NCBI RefSeq assembly: GCF_009914755.1
Contig: NC_060925.1
Origin: the human T2T-CHM13v2.0 reference genome, Homo sapiens
Reading direction: 5' to 3' (one strand)
Length of the DNA: 64,000 nucleotides
How positions within the stretch are numbered: position 1 is the stretch's first letter; each line of letters opens with the position of its first letter. Both the position numbers and the translations under genes were made by a program. The notes under the pieces were generated by a model, which was given only the letters and a program-made list of their open reading frames with translations, had not been told where the DNA came from and did no database searches. Positions 10,993 to 24,299 of the stretch are shown here, piece after piece.

Positions 10993-12816
10993 TAACAATG
11001 TCTGCTATGTAAAGTAAGTTCCTTTAGTTTGTATCTCAGTGATATATTCCATACCTTAAAGAACCTAAACTGATTGACTCAGAACCATTTTGCATTCTGA
11101 GGTTTTCATTTAGGAAAAAAAATATTTTATTTGCAGTCATCTAAACTATAATATGTAAATTCAGGATTGACACATCATTCCCTTTAATTATGCATTTCTG
11201 ACCTTTATATCCACTTGATTCCTAATAAATTTTAATCAGAGACATATTACTTACCCAAGCTTTGTTTATTTGAACTATTTAGCTGTATAAAATTAGCATA
11301 AGAAAAGATAAATTTGAGTAACTTAAAAATAGCATACTAGGGATTAGGATAACTAACTTTTGAGCATTGTGCCAAGGACTTTGCTGAGAGGATCACACAA
11401 ATTATTTTATATAACCTTAAAAGCCACTGTTATCTCCTTTTTAGAGACCTGTAAACTTAGATTTGGTGAGGTCAGGTATTAATATTTCCAGAGCTATGCA
11501 GCTAATTAGACCAAAGTCAACATTGTGTCTCTAGATTGATATTCTTAATGCCATTCTCTTCTTGTGTCTTACTGAATCACCCTGTGTTGCACATCTGGGC
11601 CTTTCATTCAACATCCATTGATAACACTTATTCCAAAAGCTATTACAATTAGGTGGGCCAGTATAATACAACTATTATAACTTTCCTTGCCTTCATGCTT
11701 TCCCCACACTGATCTTCTAAAATTGCATAGCATTACATCATCCCTTACACAAAAATCTTAAATGATTTCTCATTGCTTATCTGTCTAAATATTTTAGTGT
11801 TTGAGATCTTCCACAATATAGTAATAATTTAGGTTTTCAAAACTTAACTATTTTTTCCAAGTAAAGTCAATGTACATTTTTCATGCACTTAATATGAAAA
11901 TACTATGGAAGGCAGAGGCAATTCCATTCAAATACTTGTATGCCACACCCATTTGCCAAACCTATATATTGTAATCCTTTTCATTCTTTAAATAACGGTT
12001 CAAAACAGCAATCCTTTATTTCCTAACTAGAAATGATTTATATTTTATCTAACCTTTGTGAAATAATGTTATATTGCAAGTATGTTTCTATCTACAGACT
12101 TATTTTGATGAAATTATATAAATATTTGCTGAAAACATATTCAATTTAGAGACCAGAATTAGAGTCTAGAAATATAAATTCCATGTCTCAAAAATACCTA
12201 AATTTCTTGTCAATTTAAGAGAAACAAAACAGTAGTTGTGAATTTGGGAAAAGACACTACTATCAAGTGTGTGTATTTTTTAAATATAAAGTATGAGATT
12301 CAAATAAAAATGTTATCAAATTGATATATGACGTTTTACTATTATTTTTTCTTAATTTTCATTCAGAGTCACTCTGAACCTAAATGACCTTTTATTAAAT
12401 ATGATTATTTGGAAGTCTCAAGTGGCTCTGGGTATTTAGGACAAGATCTCATAGTTGAATATTATGAGAAGTGAGCTATATCAAAGCACAGGAAAAGGGA
12501 AGCTAGACAAAGTGAAGTTAAATGCAGCAAATGCCAATGTAGTTTTCCAAAGTTCTCTTTCTCCACCATCTCTGCAAGTGGTTTTCTCTGCTTCTTGATG
12601 TTGTCAACAAACGGTTGTTTGCCTCGTTTACAGAAGCTGAATTTTGTACACAATCTTTCTATACTTAGAGCTTACACCACCATTTTGTAAGATCCTTTAG
12701 AAATAACCTGTATATTCAGTATTACCCTTCGAGTGATTATTTACAGATGCTAGAGGCTTCATAAATCCTAACCCACACTATCAGTTCACTCAGACTGAAA
12801 ATATCTCTGAGGTTTT

Positions 12817-12835
12817 CTGCCACCAGATGGCGAGT
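12817..12835 (+). promoter_or_regulatory. CTCF-like motif ctgCCACCAGATGGCGagt
   Basis: Matches the CTCF core CCASYAGRKGGCR with the CpG retained, in apparently non-repetitive sequence. Binding cannot be shown from sequence. Confidence 0.5.
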
Positions 12836-12924
12836 AAGGAAAATAATTAAATTATTAGGAGTTCTGTAAGTAAACTCTGAACACTCATAAGTATATTTTT
12901 ATATATTCCTGCCATTTAATTAAT

Positions 12925-13228
12925 TTATTTATTTATTTATTCATATATTTGTTTGTTTATTGACTGGGTCTTGCTCTGCCACCCAGACTGGAGTGCAGCA
13001 ACACAATTGTAGTTCTCTGTAACTTCAGACTCTTGGGCTCAAAGGATCCTCCTGCCTCAGCCTCCTGAGTAGCTGCAACTACAGGCACGTGACTTTTTTT
13101 TTTTTTTTTTTTTTTGGTAGAGGCAAGGACTCCCTATGTTGCCCAGGCTAATCTCAAACTCTTGTCCTCAAGTCTGCCTCTTCCCTCTCAAAGGACTGAG
13201 ATTACAAGTGTGAGATACCACACCAAGC
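12925..13228 (-). mobile_element. AluJ
   Basis: gggtcttgctctgccacccagactggagtgcag...cttgggctcaaaggatcctcctgcctcagcctcc...ctatgttgcccaggct; (TTTA)n tail; long central T tract. Confidence 0.9.
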
Positions 13229-16079
13229 ATCAGCAGCTTTAAAAACCTACTCTTTCTCTAAAATTTTACTTTGAATAAAGCAGTCATATTTAATTAGATG
13301 CAACTTATTACTTAAATTAGTAATGGTGAAACTTCCTATATTCTGCTTTTTCTAGACAGTGAGTAGATGAATTTCAAAGAAGTTCAGTCCTACACGTGTT
13401 CACGTTTATATCTAAGCCTATATTACTGATAGTTGAAGTATAACATGACTTCTTGTGAAAGTGTAACACAAATTATCAGTAGACATCGACTTTCATTCTC
13501 TTAGAGTGTATAGAAAACATAATTTGCATATATTCCATGTGACTGTGAAATTTTTAGAATAATATCTTATAAACGATCCCTGAAATATTAGGCCCAAATA
13601 TATTTTAACCTGTGCTTTTTTAAAATAGAGATTTGTTCATTACTTTAGGCAAATAATTCTGGGAATTTCCAGCTTAAACAACATCAAATACATTTCCTTA
13701 TTGCAGGCATTCTCAGAGCTTTTAATACACTAAATTATTTTGTCGAGGAGAACATAATTGGCAGTATTTACAAAATTGATTTGCCCTTGGAAAACATTTC
13801 TCATTAAGTGTTTCTTAGATCTGTATTCTGTAAGACACATTTTAATAAATATTACTCTAGTAAATGACCACATTGTAAAAATAATTTTCTCTTCCCAACA
13901 GGGTCCAAGCTGTGGACCTCTGCCAGTGGGTGTTGGATCAGGATTAAATAACTATTTAAAATCATTTCATATAATGAAGCTAGTTATTAGAAGCAGTATA
14001 TTACTTTCAAACGTTAGATAAGTAACAGCTTCCAAAAGGGTATGACCTAGTGAATTCACTTGCAAAGTAGGTAGCTAATAATTATATCACGTGGTTGCTA
14101 TTCATTTTAAATTGCCAGTGTGAGAAAATAATCAGCTGAAGGGAATGATAATTCTCTTACAGAAATCAGGTATTTTGACTGAGCTTGAGGTTGACTTTTC
14201 AACCACATTTAAAAAGCTGATATCTTAATAAAGCTATTTAGGAAACGGGGTTTTTAAGCATTCAAAAATCGTGCTTAATCCAATTTAATTTGTAATATGA
14301 AAAAGATAAAAATTTGAGCACTTTAAGGAGAATTATGATATAAATAGAGGAGAAATAAGAAATGAGATTAGCTATACACTGTAAAAATCTTAGGTTTTAA
14401 TAGCAGTATGTCTCTGATTGAAAGCTAATGAAGATATTCATTTTAAGGTCAGGGAGTTTTAGCAGAATGGAAAGTGCAAGAGGTCAGGAGTTGGGAGGCC
14501 AGGTACTCCATTAAACTATTGACTAGATAGCTTTGCTGACCTTCCTGATTAGAGGATGAGAGCAAGAACCTTTAGAAATTAGTTGAAGGAGACTAGTTTC
14601 TTCCTGAATTTTTTTTCATTATTATAAAAAATAAAGATAAAGAATAATGAATGTAAGCAAAAAACTTAAGAGTTCTTAAATAAATCTAAAGATAAGAGAT
14701 AAAGAGCAACTTATAATGAGGCAAAAGAACTCCATATCAAAGAGTAAAATGGGTTGGTTAAAATTCTCAATGAATTATTGTTCTGTGGACAAAAAATGGC
14801 AAGGAACTCTAATCTTAATAAATAGAAAAATCATATACAACTGCACAACAGCCTTATTACGGCCAGTTGATTTTTATGTCAACATAATATAAGAAGCAAC
14901 CACCAATGCTTCTCACCAGTGAAATAAAATTTGCTCATTAAACTTTTTTATTTGGACCTGAGAGAATATCAGACTTAATTCACAAAATGCTCTAACTGCC
15001 ACCTGACCTTATTTGATTTATCGTTTCCCAGGCTACCTACCAGCAGTCACCTTACCATGTATCATGAACGCAAAATGATATAAAATCCACCTATTGCTTA
15101 TTATTATCATCTAGGAATCACATATTTCAATATCCAGTAAGTAATGTAAATTTGTAAAGTACACAATTACAAGACAATAGGGGTTGTCTGAGAGCAGTGG
15201 GGAACATTGCAAAGTTGTACAGCACGTGTTTTGACTAAGCACACTCTGATTCTCTTTCATTTTATTAAACTTTTGTGTAATCTTAACACACACATGTGCA
15301 CACATACATATATCCTGGTCACAAATCATTTTGTCTTAATGATGATGCTGTCACTTACAGTGTGGAGCAACTTGATGTCATAATCTATTTAAGTTCAAGT
15401 TACTAAGAGACCCATGTTCAGGGGACAGCTTTGAAGACTGGCATGCTTCATGTTTAGATGAATTTTGAATTCTGTGGCTGTTCTAGAAATTAATAAATTT
15501 CTGAAAGTCACATTCATCTCTATTCTTTAGGGAAGTGAATTCCTGTTTCTTATCTAACAAGCAGACGTGGGTTTGTGGGCAGCCTGTGTGTAAAATACAT
15601 GAGGAGGACAGCTGGATCTCCCATTCTGTACAGAAACATTGGTTCAAATTTGCTCCCACTATCTCCTGCAAATATGATATTGCAGTTCTATTATTCTCCT
15701 GGTTTGGGGAGAAGCAACCGGTTGCATTTCCATCTGTATCCTTCTCAGTGAGGTCTAGAAACTGAAGCTACAAAAAATTTCTCCCTGAACTATCCAATTG
15801 TTGGCCTCCAAATTTTGTTGTAATTCAGTCTCTGTTAGTAACCCATTTCCCAAGGTGTTGTTGTTATTAATAGTTGTATTTTACTTCATTTTTAGTAAGA
15901 TGAAGAACTAAATGATTATTTTTAATATACTAGCTTTAGCCACTAATACTACATCTTAATGATTTATGAGCATAGATTTACTTAATCTTTTCAAAGATTC
16001 TCATTGAGTTGGACAGTTAGAGTTCTGAAAAAGTGTAATATGAATAAAATTATAATTTACTTGTTAGATATATTGTTTA

Positions 16080-17247
16080 CAGTCCTGTGTGGCTTAACAA
16101 TGATGATAAATTCTAAGAAATTGTTGTTAGGCAATTTTGTTGCTGTGTGAATATCACAGAGCATACTTACACAAACTTAGATAGTATAGCCTACTTCACT
16201 AAGCAATATGTACAGCCCATTGCTCCTAGGCTACAAAACTGTGACTGTATTGAATATTGTAAGTAATTGCACCAAAATGGTAAATATTCTTGTATTGTTC
16301 AGTAAAAATACACTATAAAAGATAAAAAATGGTGCATATGTTTTTGGCACTTACCATGAATAAGGCTTGCAGGACTGGAAGTTGCTCTGGGTGTCAGTAA
16401 GTGAGTGGTTAGTGAATGTGAAGGTCTTGAACATTCCTGTACACTGCTCTAAACCTTATAAACACTGTATATTTAGACTACACTAAATTCACAAAAATGT
16501 TTTCTTACCTCAATAATAAATTAACCTTGGCTTACTGTAACTTTTTTGTTTTATAAACTTTTAAATGTTATTAAACTTTTGGATTCTTTTGTAATTTTAC
16601 TCATCATAAAACACAAACACATTGTACAGTTGTACAAAATATTTTCTTTCTACATAGCCTTATCTTACAAATCCTTTTCCATTTCTAAAATTTTCAATTT
16701 TCAATTGTTTATGTTTTAAACTTTCTTTTGTTAAAAACTAAGACACAAACACACACGTTAGTCTAGGCCATCACAAGGTCAGGATCATCATCACTGTCTT
16801 CCACCTCCACATCTTATCCCACTGGGAGGTCTTCAGAGGCAATAAAATGCATGGAGCTCTTATCTTCTAAGTTAACAATACCTTCTGGAATACCTCCTGA
16901 AAGACCTGTCACAGGCTGTTTTACCCTTAAATTTTTTAATACATAGAAACACAACACTTTAAAATAATGACACAATTTATAGTATGTTAGATAGACAAAC
17001 CAGTAGCATAGTCATTTATTATCATCGAGTATTATGTACAGTACATAATTGTATGGGCTAAACTTTTAGGTGGCTAGAAGCACAGTGCGTTTGATTATGC
17101 CAGCATAACCATAAATACATGAGTAATGCATTGTGCTATTATGTCATTAGGTGATAGAATATTTTCAGTTCCAATAAAATCTTATAGAACCACAGTCATA
17201 TATGTGGTTTGTCATTGACCAATATGGTGTTACGAAGAGACTTTGTG
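16080..17247 (+). mobile_element. Tigger3b (MER7/Golem group, TcMar-Tigger) deletion derivative
   Basis: TA|cagtcctgtgtggcttaacaa start; acttacacaaacttagatagtatagcctac...ttgctcctaggctacaaa; TA at the far end; about 1.17 kb. Confidence 0.88.
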
Positions 17248-17688
17248 TATAGATACCCCCACTTTACGTCTGAAGGCAGGAATATTGGAATTTCCTAAGA
17301 GCGTATCAAAGTAAAGCACTCAAAACCTCACACGTCTAAATGGGAACATGTCTAGTCACTGTATATAAATGTTCTTTTCTCCTATTAGATGTCGAGTATA
17401 TAGTTCTTAGCTAATATGTGATCATCTATTTATGTTTGTTTTAATCCTGTCACTCTGGATCCATATTCTGATGCATTGCATTGAAACTAGAGTACTTCCT
17501 AGCTGATAGAAGAGATTAAACTTAAGAACGTATAACCATGGTGTTAATGCCAAGTCAGAGGTACAGGCAATGGTGTCAGTATGCTCTTAAAACTGGAGTT
17601 TCCCCTCTGGTGTGTTGTTATATACCAGTGTGCTTCAAATGGCTTACAGTTGTGAGATGCTGATTGCCTCTTCCTATGTGTGCTATAG

Positions 17689-18066
<378 letters not shown>

Positions 18067-18833
18067 TCTATATTTTTTATGACAACTTATTATTTATTAT
18101 AACTGAGGCAAATATTTCCTCCCCATATTGCTGATGACCCCTCAGGTTTGTTGCCTTTTACATTTGCTCCAAAGTGTGTTTGTTTTGTTTTGTTGGTCAC
18201 CATGATTTTATGATTATGGAGCACAAAACTCTTGGTTTCTGCAAATCTGGCAGAAGTCTTCAAAGTAGACATTTGAACTTTTCAAATTCACTTTAATCAT
18301 TCGTTTGCTGCTGATAAGAATTTCACATTTTTCTCTCTAAGGAAGATTTTATTTGAAGAAAACTCTAGGTTTTTCATTTAATGAGTTTTATGTATTAAAA
18401 AATATATTAAATAAGTCGAATTTAATCCTATGATATTTTCATTAAAAAGATAATTTTCTATCAAGGATTGTCTTGTCTCATAGCATTATTCTGACACTGA
18501 TAATTATTATAGTCTTAAAATATATTTTAATATCTAGTAGAATAAATTAGATATCATCACTCTTTTATTAAAGCGATATAACTATTTCATCTATTGATTC
18601 TCTTAAATAAATTTAATTTGTTTGCAAGTCACATTAAACTAATAAAACAAAATTTTCATATGACTCAAATAATTAACTGATAATTCTTATGGTAATCTCA
18701 TCATATTGGGTCTGGTATCTCATATTTTGTATCATACAATTGATACATACTTCCATTTGAACAATTCCAAGATATTTCATTAGAGGTACCTATTGAATGC
18801 TACTTCAATAACCAACACAACAATATTACCTTC

Positions 18834-19196
18834 TGCTATGTTCTGAATGTCTATGTTCTCCCAAAATGTATATATTAAAATCTTATCACCAATGTGATGG
18901 TATAATTAATAGAAAATGGGGACTTTGGGAGGTGAGTAGGTCATGAGGCAGAACTCTCATGGTTATTAGTGCTCTTATAAAAGAGGCCCCAGAAAGCTGC
19001 CTTGACCATTCCACCATGTGAGGGCACAGCAAAGAGGCACCAGCTGTTAACCAAAAACCAGGTCCTCACCAGACACTGAATCTGCATCAACTTTAATTGA
19101 CTCCCCAGCCTGAAGAACTATGAGAAATAAATTTCTGATGTTTATAGGCTACCTAGTTTATGGTATTCTGTTGTAGCCACCCAAATAGACAGAGAC
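18834..19196 (+). mobile_element. MLT1A/MLT1A0 MaLR solo LTR
   Basis: tgctatgttctgaatgt...ttagtgctcttataaaagaggcccc...ctcaccagacactgaatctgc...gagaaataaatttctg...tatggtattctgttgtagc. Confidence 0.88.
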
Positions 19197-19549
19197 TTTG
19201 TAAATTTGTGATGCAGCATAATAGATATCCTAGTACTGGACTCATTGTCATGATAAAAGTAAATCATTTTAGGTTTAATGTCTAAAAATAAACAAGACTG
19301 GTTAAAAAAAAACTTGATGGTGTGGTGTATTTTTGGTTCTCAAAATACTCTCATATGGCTTAAGGATTTTGAATTAGTAAATATTTCTGGTGTTTGAAAC
19401 AGCATGATACATAACTTTTCAAACTCAACTTCATAAAATGAGATGTTGTGACTATACACACACAGGACCTAGAAGGACACATCAAACTTTAAACTGCTTA
19501 TGACTGTGGATGCATTTGTTATTTGCCTTTTGTGATTTTTAGTTTCCTA

Positions 19550-19728
<179 letters not shown>

Positions 19729-19894
19729 TTAAATAACAAAGTAAAATGCTTTAACTTGCCATATATTTAAGTCAACCTAGGATATTGGATCAAAATATTA
19801 CCCACTTTGCTTCCAAAACTAATCCACTCATTAATACATAAATTTTGATGCGGGAGACTTTACCAATCAATATAAAATGTTGATATTTTTAATA

Positions 19895-20830
19895 AATAAG
19901 GCTGGGTCAATTCAATATCCATAAGCAAAAACTAAAACTTGATCCCTATCCATATTGTACAGAAAAATCAAATTTCAAATTGATTACATATTTTCTAAAT
20001 GTGAATAAAAACTAATAAAAATGCTAAAATATAGAATATAAGATAGAAAAATACCTTCATCAGCTTGAGAGATAAGCATATTTTGTAAAAACAGCATCAA
20101 AACTACTAAACACAAAGGCAGATATTACTAAATGTAACAAGTTGGAATTACAAACTCTGATAATTAGAGGGCACCCGTCAAGTGAGTATAAAGCAAGGCT
20201 ATTAACAAAATAACATGAAACTTATATTCAAAAATAACCTTATAATCACATTATTTAAAGAACTCATAAATCAATAACCAAAAGATAAATTATTCAATAA
20301 AGAACAGGCAAAAGTCTTGAATATGAACTTCATACAGAAGACAATTCGGATGTCAAAGCATATAAAAACACACACTTCTTAAAAATCTAGAAAATATACA
20401 TTTAAGCTATACTGAGATACAAATATTTGCCATAATGGTGAAAATTAAAAATATCAGTAATACAGAGTACTAATTCATAAAAATTCTTTGGAAAATTATC
20501 TACTATAGTCTTCATAAATGGGTATAAATTGGTATGTATATGTAATATATGTGTGTGTACACATACGTGTGTGTTCATGTACACACACGTATGTGTACAC
20601 ATACATATATTATGTCACCAATGTCATTACTATGCATAGACCTAACAAAAATGCATTCTGTTATATAAAAAATACACATACAGTTACAAAACCTGGAATA
20701 TCTATTATCTATCAATGTCATTACTTAATATACAATTGATAAATAAATTTTGTACACAAAAGCTAAAAATATGTTTTGAAGAATGCTTATAAAGGCATTA
20801 TCTTAATAACCGTAAAAGGGAAAAATATGC
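19895..20830 (+). mobile_element. Old LINE-1 (L1ME-like) ORF2 3' fragment
   Basis: aacttgatccctatc...aaaaatcaaatttcaaattgatta...caggcaaaagtcttgaatatgaacttcatacagaag; A-rich and heavily diverged. Confidence 0.65.
20543..20612. repeat. 70-bp near-perfect palindrome of alternating purine-pyrimidine sequence
   Basis: Centre ca|tg at 20577/20578; 33 of 35 positions pair Watson-Crick (one T-T, one G-T). Confidence 0.9.
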
Positions 20831-20849
20831 ATTAACAATAAAATAGTAT

Positions 20850-21655
20850 AGCCAATTGAATATCCCAAAAATAGCTCCACCAATACATCCCATCGCACAT
20901 ATTGTTCCTACGATGTGACATTGATGCACCTCTACTTTATCAAGACATGGAATATATGTTCCAATATATGTGGGGCCAGACTTAGTCTCTCTCTGTTTAC
21001 TGGTGGATGTCAGTAACCACAAAGTGTGAATGCCAGGTCACATGATGTGGTTATGTTAAATATCACATCCAAAAGTCTCTGCTATGGGCTTAACTAACAG
21101 TCAGCATCAATTGATGTCAGACATATAACTAAGTTTTGAGATGATTACAGCCTCTGGCTTTCAGCTCTTCTACTAAGGCCCTAGATATCATGGAAAATAG
21201 CCATTCTAACCATTCCTCATCTAAATTTTCTGCCCATTGAAACTGTGAGCATAATAAATAGTTGGTTTGCTGAATTTTGCAGCTATTTGTTTAATAGCCA
21301 TAGTAACTGGAAATACTTATTGTAACAGAATGGCATGGTACTGTGAAAAACACCTAAAACAATGTGGGAATGATGTGCATGAGCTGGGTGGGCCTTGTAG
21401 ACACTATTGGTTAAAGCCTATCAGAGAGCACAAATCTGATGGCCAACTGAGTAGTCTGATACTAAAGGCTTAAATGAAACTGAAGATTTTATTGGAAGTT
21501 GGGAGAAAGATGTTGGGAAGTTTAGAAACTTCTCTCCTAGGGAGATAAGTATAATAGAAAATGCATCTAACAAAATGGATGAGGGGATGTGTAAGCAGAG
21601 GGTTGAAGGTGCTCTCTGGCTTCTTCTAGCTGCCTGTAAAATGATCAAGAGAGAA
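20850..21655 (+). mobile_element. MLT1G/H-like MaLR LTR (to about 21316) plus start of MLT1 internal sequence
   Basis: aaaatagctccaccaatacatcccatc...gaaactgtgagcataataaatagttggtt...tagccatagtaactggaaatac, then internal-like cacctaaaacaatgtggg...gctctctggcttcttctagctgc. Confidence 0.65.
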
Positions 21656-22443
21656 TTCCTTACTGTGATGTATTAGTCCTTTAACTTTTGTATCTAATTT
21701 AACAGTCTGGTTTCACATTCCAATATTCATTACAAATTCCTCTGTGCTTTATCCACACTAGCATGTGACCACTCCTGTAGCATTAAACTTTCTCATATTT
21801 TATTACAAGATTTAAAAAGATTATAAGACTAGATAAAACAAAACAAATCAAAAATATGGATTAAAACAAAAATAAGAATGATAAAATTGAATAAATCTAA
21901 GAGTAAAGCTAACACACAACTATACATATCTTAAAATATTATTACTTGGATAGAGATTGGAACTACATTTATCTGAGCAAGTTCTGATCAAGGAAATATA
22001 TATAACAGGCTTACAAGACAGTAAGTTTTTCTGGACACTGAAATCTGAGGCAAATTTCTTCTCTAGGATTCATAGATAATATAAAGTAGTACACAAAGTC
22101 TTCATAAACATAGTTTAACATGAGATTTTATAAATGTTAAGAGCATTTTATTGTACAGAATCTTCTCATTTTGCAGAAATATTTATTTGAATTACTTGTG
22201 TGTGTGTGACATTAAGAAGTGGTGAGTCTGACTCATGGAACTAAATGGCCTAGGTTATAAGTGGGTCTCATTAGGGAACCTACATTTTATTTCCCTGGCT
22301 TACATTTTCTACATTTCATATGGATACATTTATTGTGAAAATAAAACTTTTTCCCCCAATTTCTCATAATGTAACTTTCATGAATATTATAGCACATTCT
22401 CTACAATTGGCCTAATAATGTTTTTCTTTGAAAGTATATTTCA

Positions 22444-22767
22444 GGCCGGGCGCAATGGCTCACGCCTGTAATCCCAGCACTTTGGGAGGCCCAGGCAGAC
22501 AGATCACGAGGTTGGGGGATCGAGATCATCCTGGCCAACATGGCGAAACCCAGTCTCTACTAAATACAAAAATTAGCTGGGTGAGGTGGCGCGTACCTAT
22601 GTAATCCCAGCTATTCAGGAGGCTGAGACAGGAGAATCTCTTGAACCACGGTGTCGGAGGTTGCAGTGAGCCAAGGTTGTGCCACTGCACTCCAGCCTTG
22701 GCGACAGAACAAGATTCGGTCTAAAAAAAAAAAAAAAAAAAGAAAGAAAGAAAAAGAAAAGAAAAAA
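22444..22767 (+). mobile_element. AluSc-like
   Basis: agatcacgagg...gatcgagatcatcctggccaacatgg; 14-bp TSD gaaagt(a/g)tatttca at 22430 and 22768. Confidence 0.93.
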
Positions 22768-23243
22768 GAAAGTGTATTTCAAAATGAAATTGCAATAAAA
22801 AATTATATTAGTCCCAAATCAACTTGCTTTGATCAACCGTATCAACTATATAATATGATCAGTGTATAATCAGACAGAATGCTTAATATGAAAATACATT
22901 ACATGTTCAGTTCACTCTCCACAAATATCAATAGAATTGTTATTGATTGATTGTTTGATTGATTGTTGCTCTATTCATTTATACTGAAAGTCTCATTGGC
23001 GATTTACTATCCATCCCAGGCTATGAAATGACAAGAAATAAAACTTGGATGGAATAAAAATTAACATGAGGGCAAATAATTAGCAACTCTAAACCTGGCA
23101 AATTACATAATAAGAAATCAACAGATGTTAATTATTTTTATCATCAACATCATCATCAATATCTTTATTTGGTGCCAAACATGACACTCTTTATAAGGGG
23201 ACATTCAGAGTAACGAATCCTCTAGTTATAAAATCTCCTCTCT

Positions 23244-23545
23244 GCCGGGATCAGTGGCTCACGCCTGTAATCCCAGCACTTTGGGATGCCAAGGCGGGTG
23301 GATCATGAGGTTAAGAGTTCAAGACCAGCCTGGCCAAGATGGTGAAACCCCGTCTCTACTTAAAAAAAAAAAAAAAAATTAGCCGGGGGCGGTGGTGGGT
23401 GCCTGTAATCACAGCTATTCGGGAGGCTGAGATAGGAGAATTGCTTGAACCCGGGAGGTGGAGGTTGCAGTGAGCCAAGATCGTGGCCACTGCACTCTAG
23501 CCTGGTCAACAGAGCAAGACTCCATCTCAAAAAAAAAAAAAAAAA
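23244..23545 (+). mobile_element. AluSg-like
   Basis: ggatcatgaggttaagagttcaagaccagcctggccaagatggtg; TSD aaaatctcctctc at 23230 and about 23542. Confidence 0.93.
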
Positions 23546-23709
23546 TCTCCTCTCCAGTATTAGTCATTTCTTGTTTCTGGCTCTGAGAGAAGCAACATAT
23601 AACATACCTGTTAAAATTCATAAGACATTTGGGGGTAGTTATTAATCTTTTACCAATTGTAAATGTGGATACTTATCTTACCGTTTTTGCTTTTAGGTCT
23701 GGTAACAGT

Positions 23710-23900
23710 GAACACCATCGAGCACATCTACGGTAATTACTATGTGCTGGACCCTCTTCTAAATGCTTCGAGTATTTTAATTAATTTAATCTTCACAGCA
23801 AAACAGGTATGTTTTCTTATTACCTTTATTTTACATATGAGCACATTGAGACTTAATCATGTTTCAAAGTCACACCATGGTACAATGAGCTACTTAATGA
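23710..23900 (-). mobile_element. MIR fragment
   Basis: ttactatgtgctgg...tttaatcttcacagcaa...ttattttacatatgag...tgagactta resembles the antisense MIR core. Confidence 0.6.
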
Positions 23901-24299
23901 GCACAGCATCAGAAAAATATTGTTTTATTTTTATTTCTTATAAGACAAAGCTCTCAAAATTATGTTGAAAATAGTGGTTACACGTTATAACCTTGGCTTT
24001 TTCCCAGTATAAAATGTATTTTGGCATTCCGTTAGTCTATATATATTGATTTTTTTGTTGAGAAAAGTCTACTGTGAGTATTTTATTTAAATTTAACACA
24101 TATACTTAATGAATGAGTGCTAATTTTTTTATCAAGTGCCTGTAAAAATCTTTTTTTTTACTTTGTATAGAATTAGGTTACTTGGTTCTTTTGTATATTT
24201 TTTTATCCTTGAAAGACTAAAACCTATTTAATTATGTTATAGTATTCTTTGTTTCAGTTGCTGAAATCAAGTTATTAAAATTTTGTCTGTATTTTCAGT

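Noticed and set aside
12462-12653. 63-aa minus-strand ORF in unique sequence
   Set aside because: Non-ATG start, no recognisable homology and no exon boundaries.
15531-15765. Acceptor-like tctattctttag followed by a 76-aa ORF
   Set aside because: No recognisable domain and no matching strong donor. It could be a noncoding exon but is unsupported.
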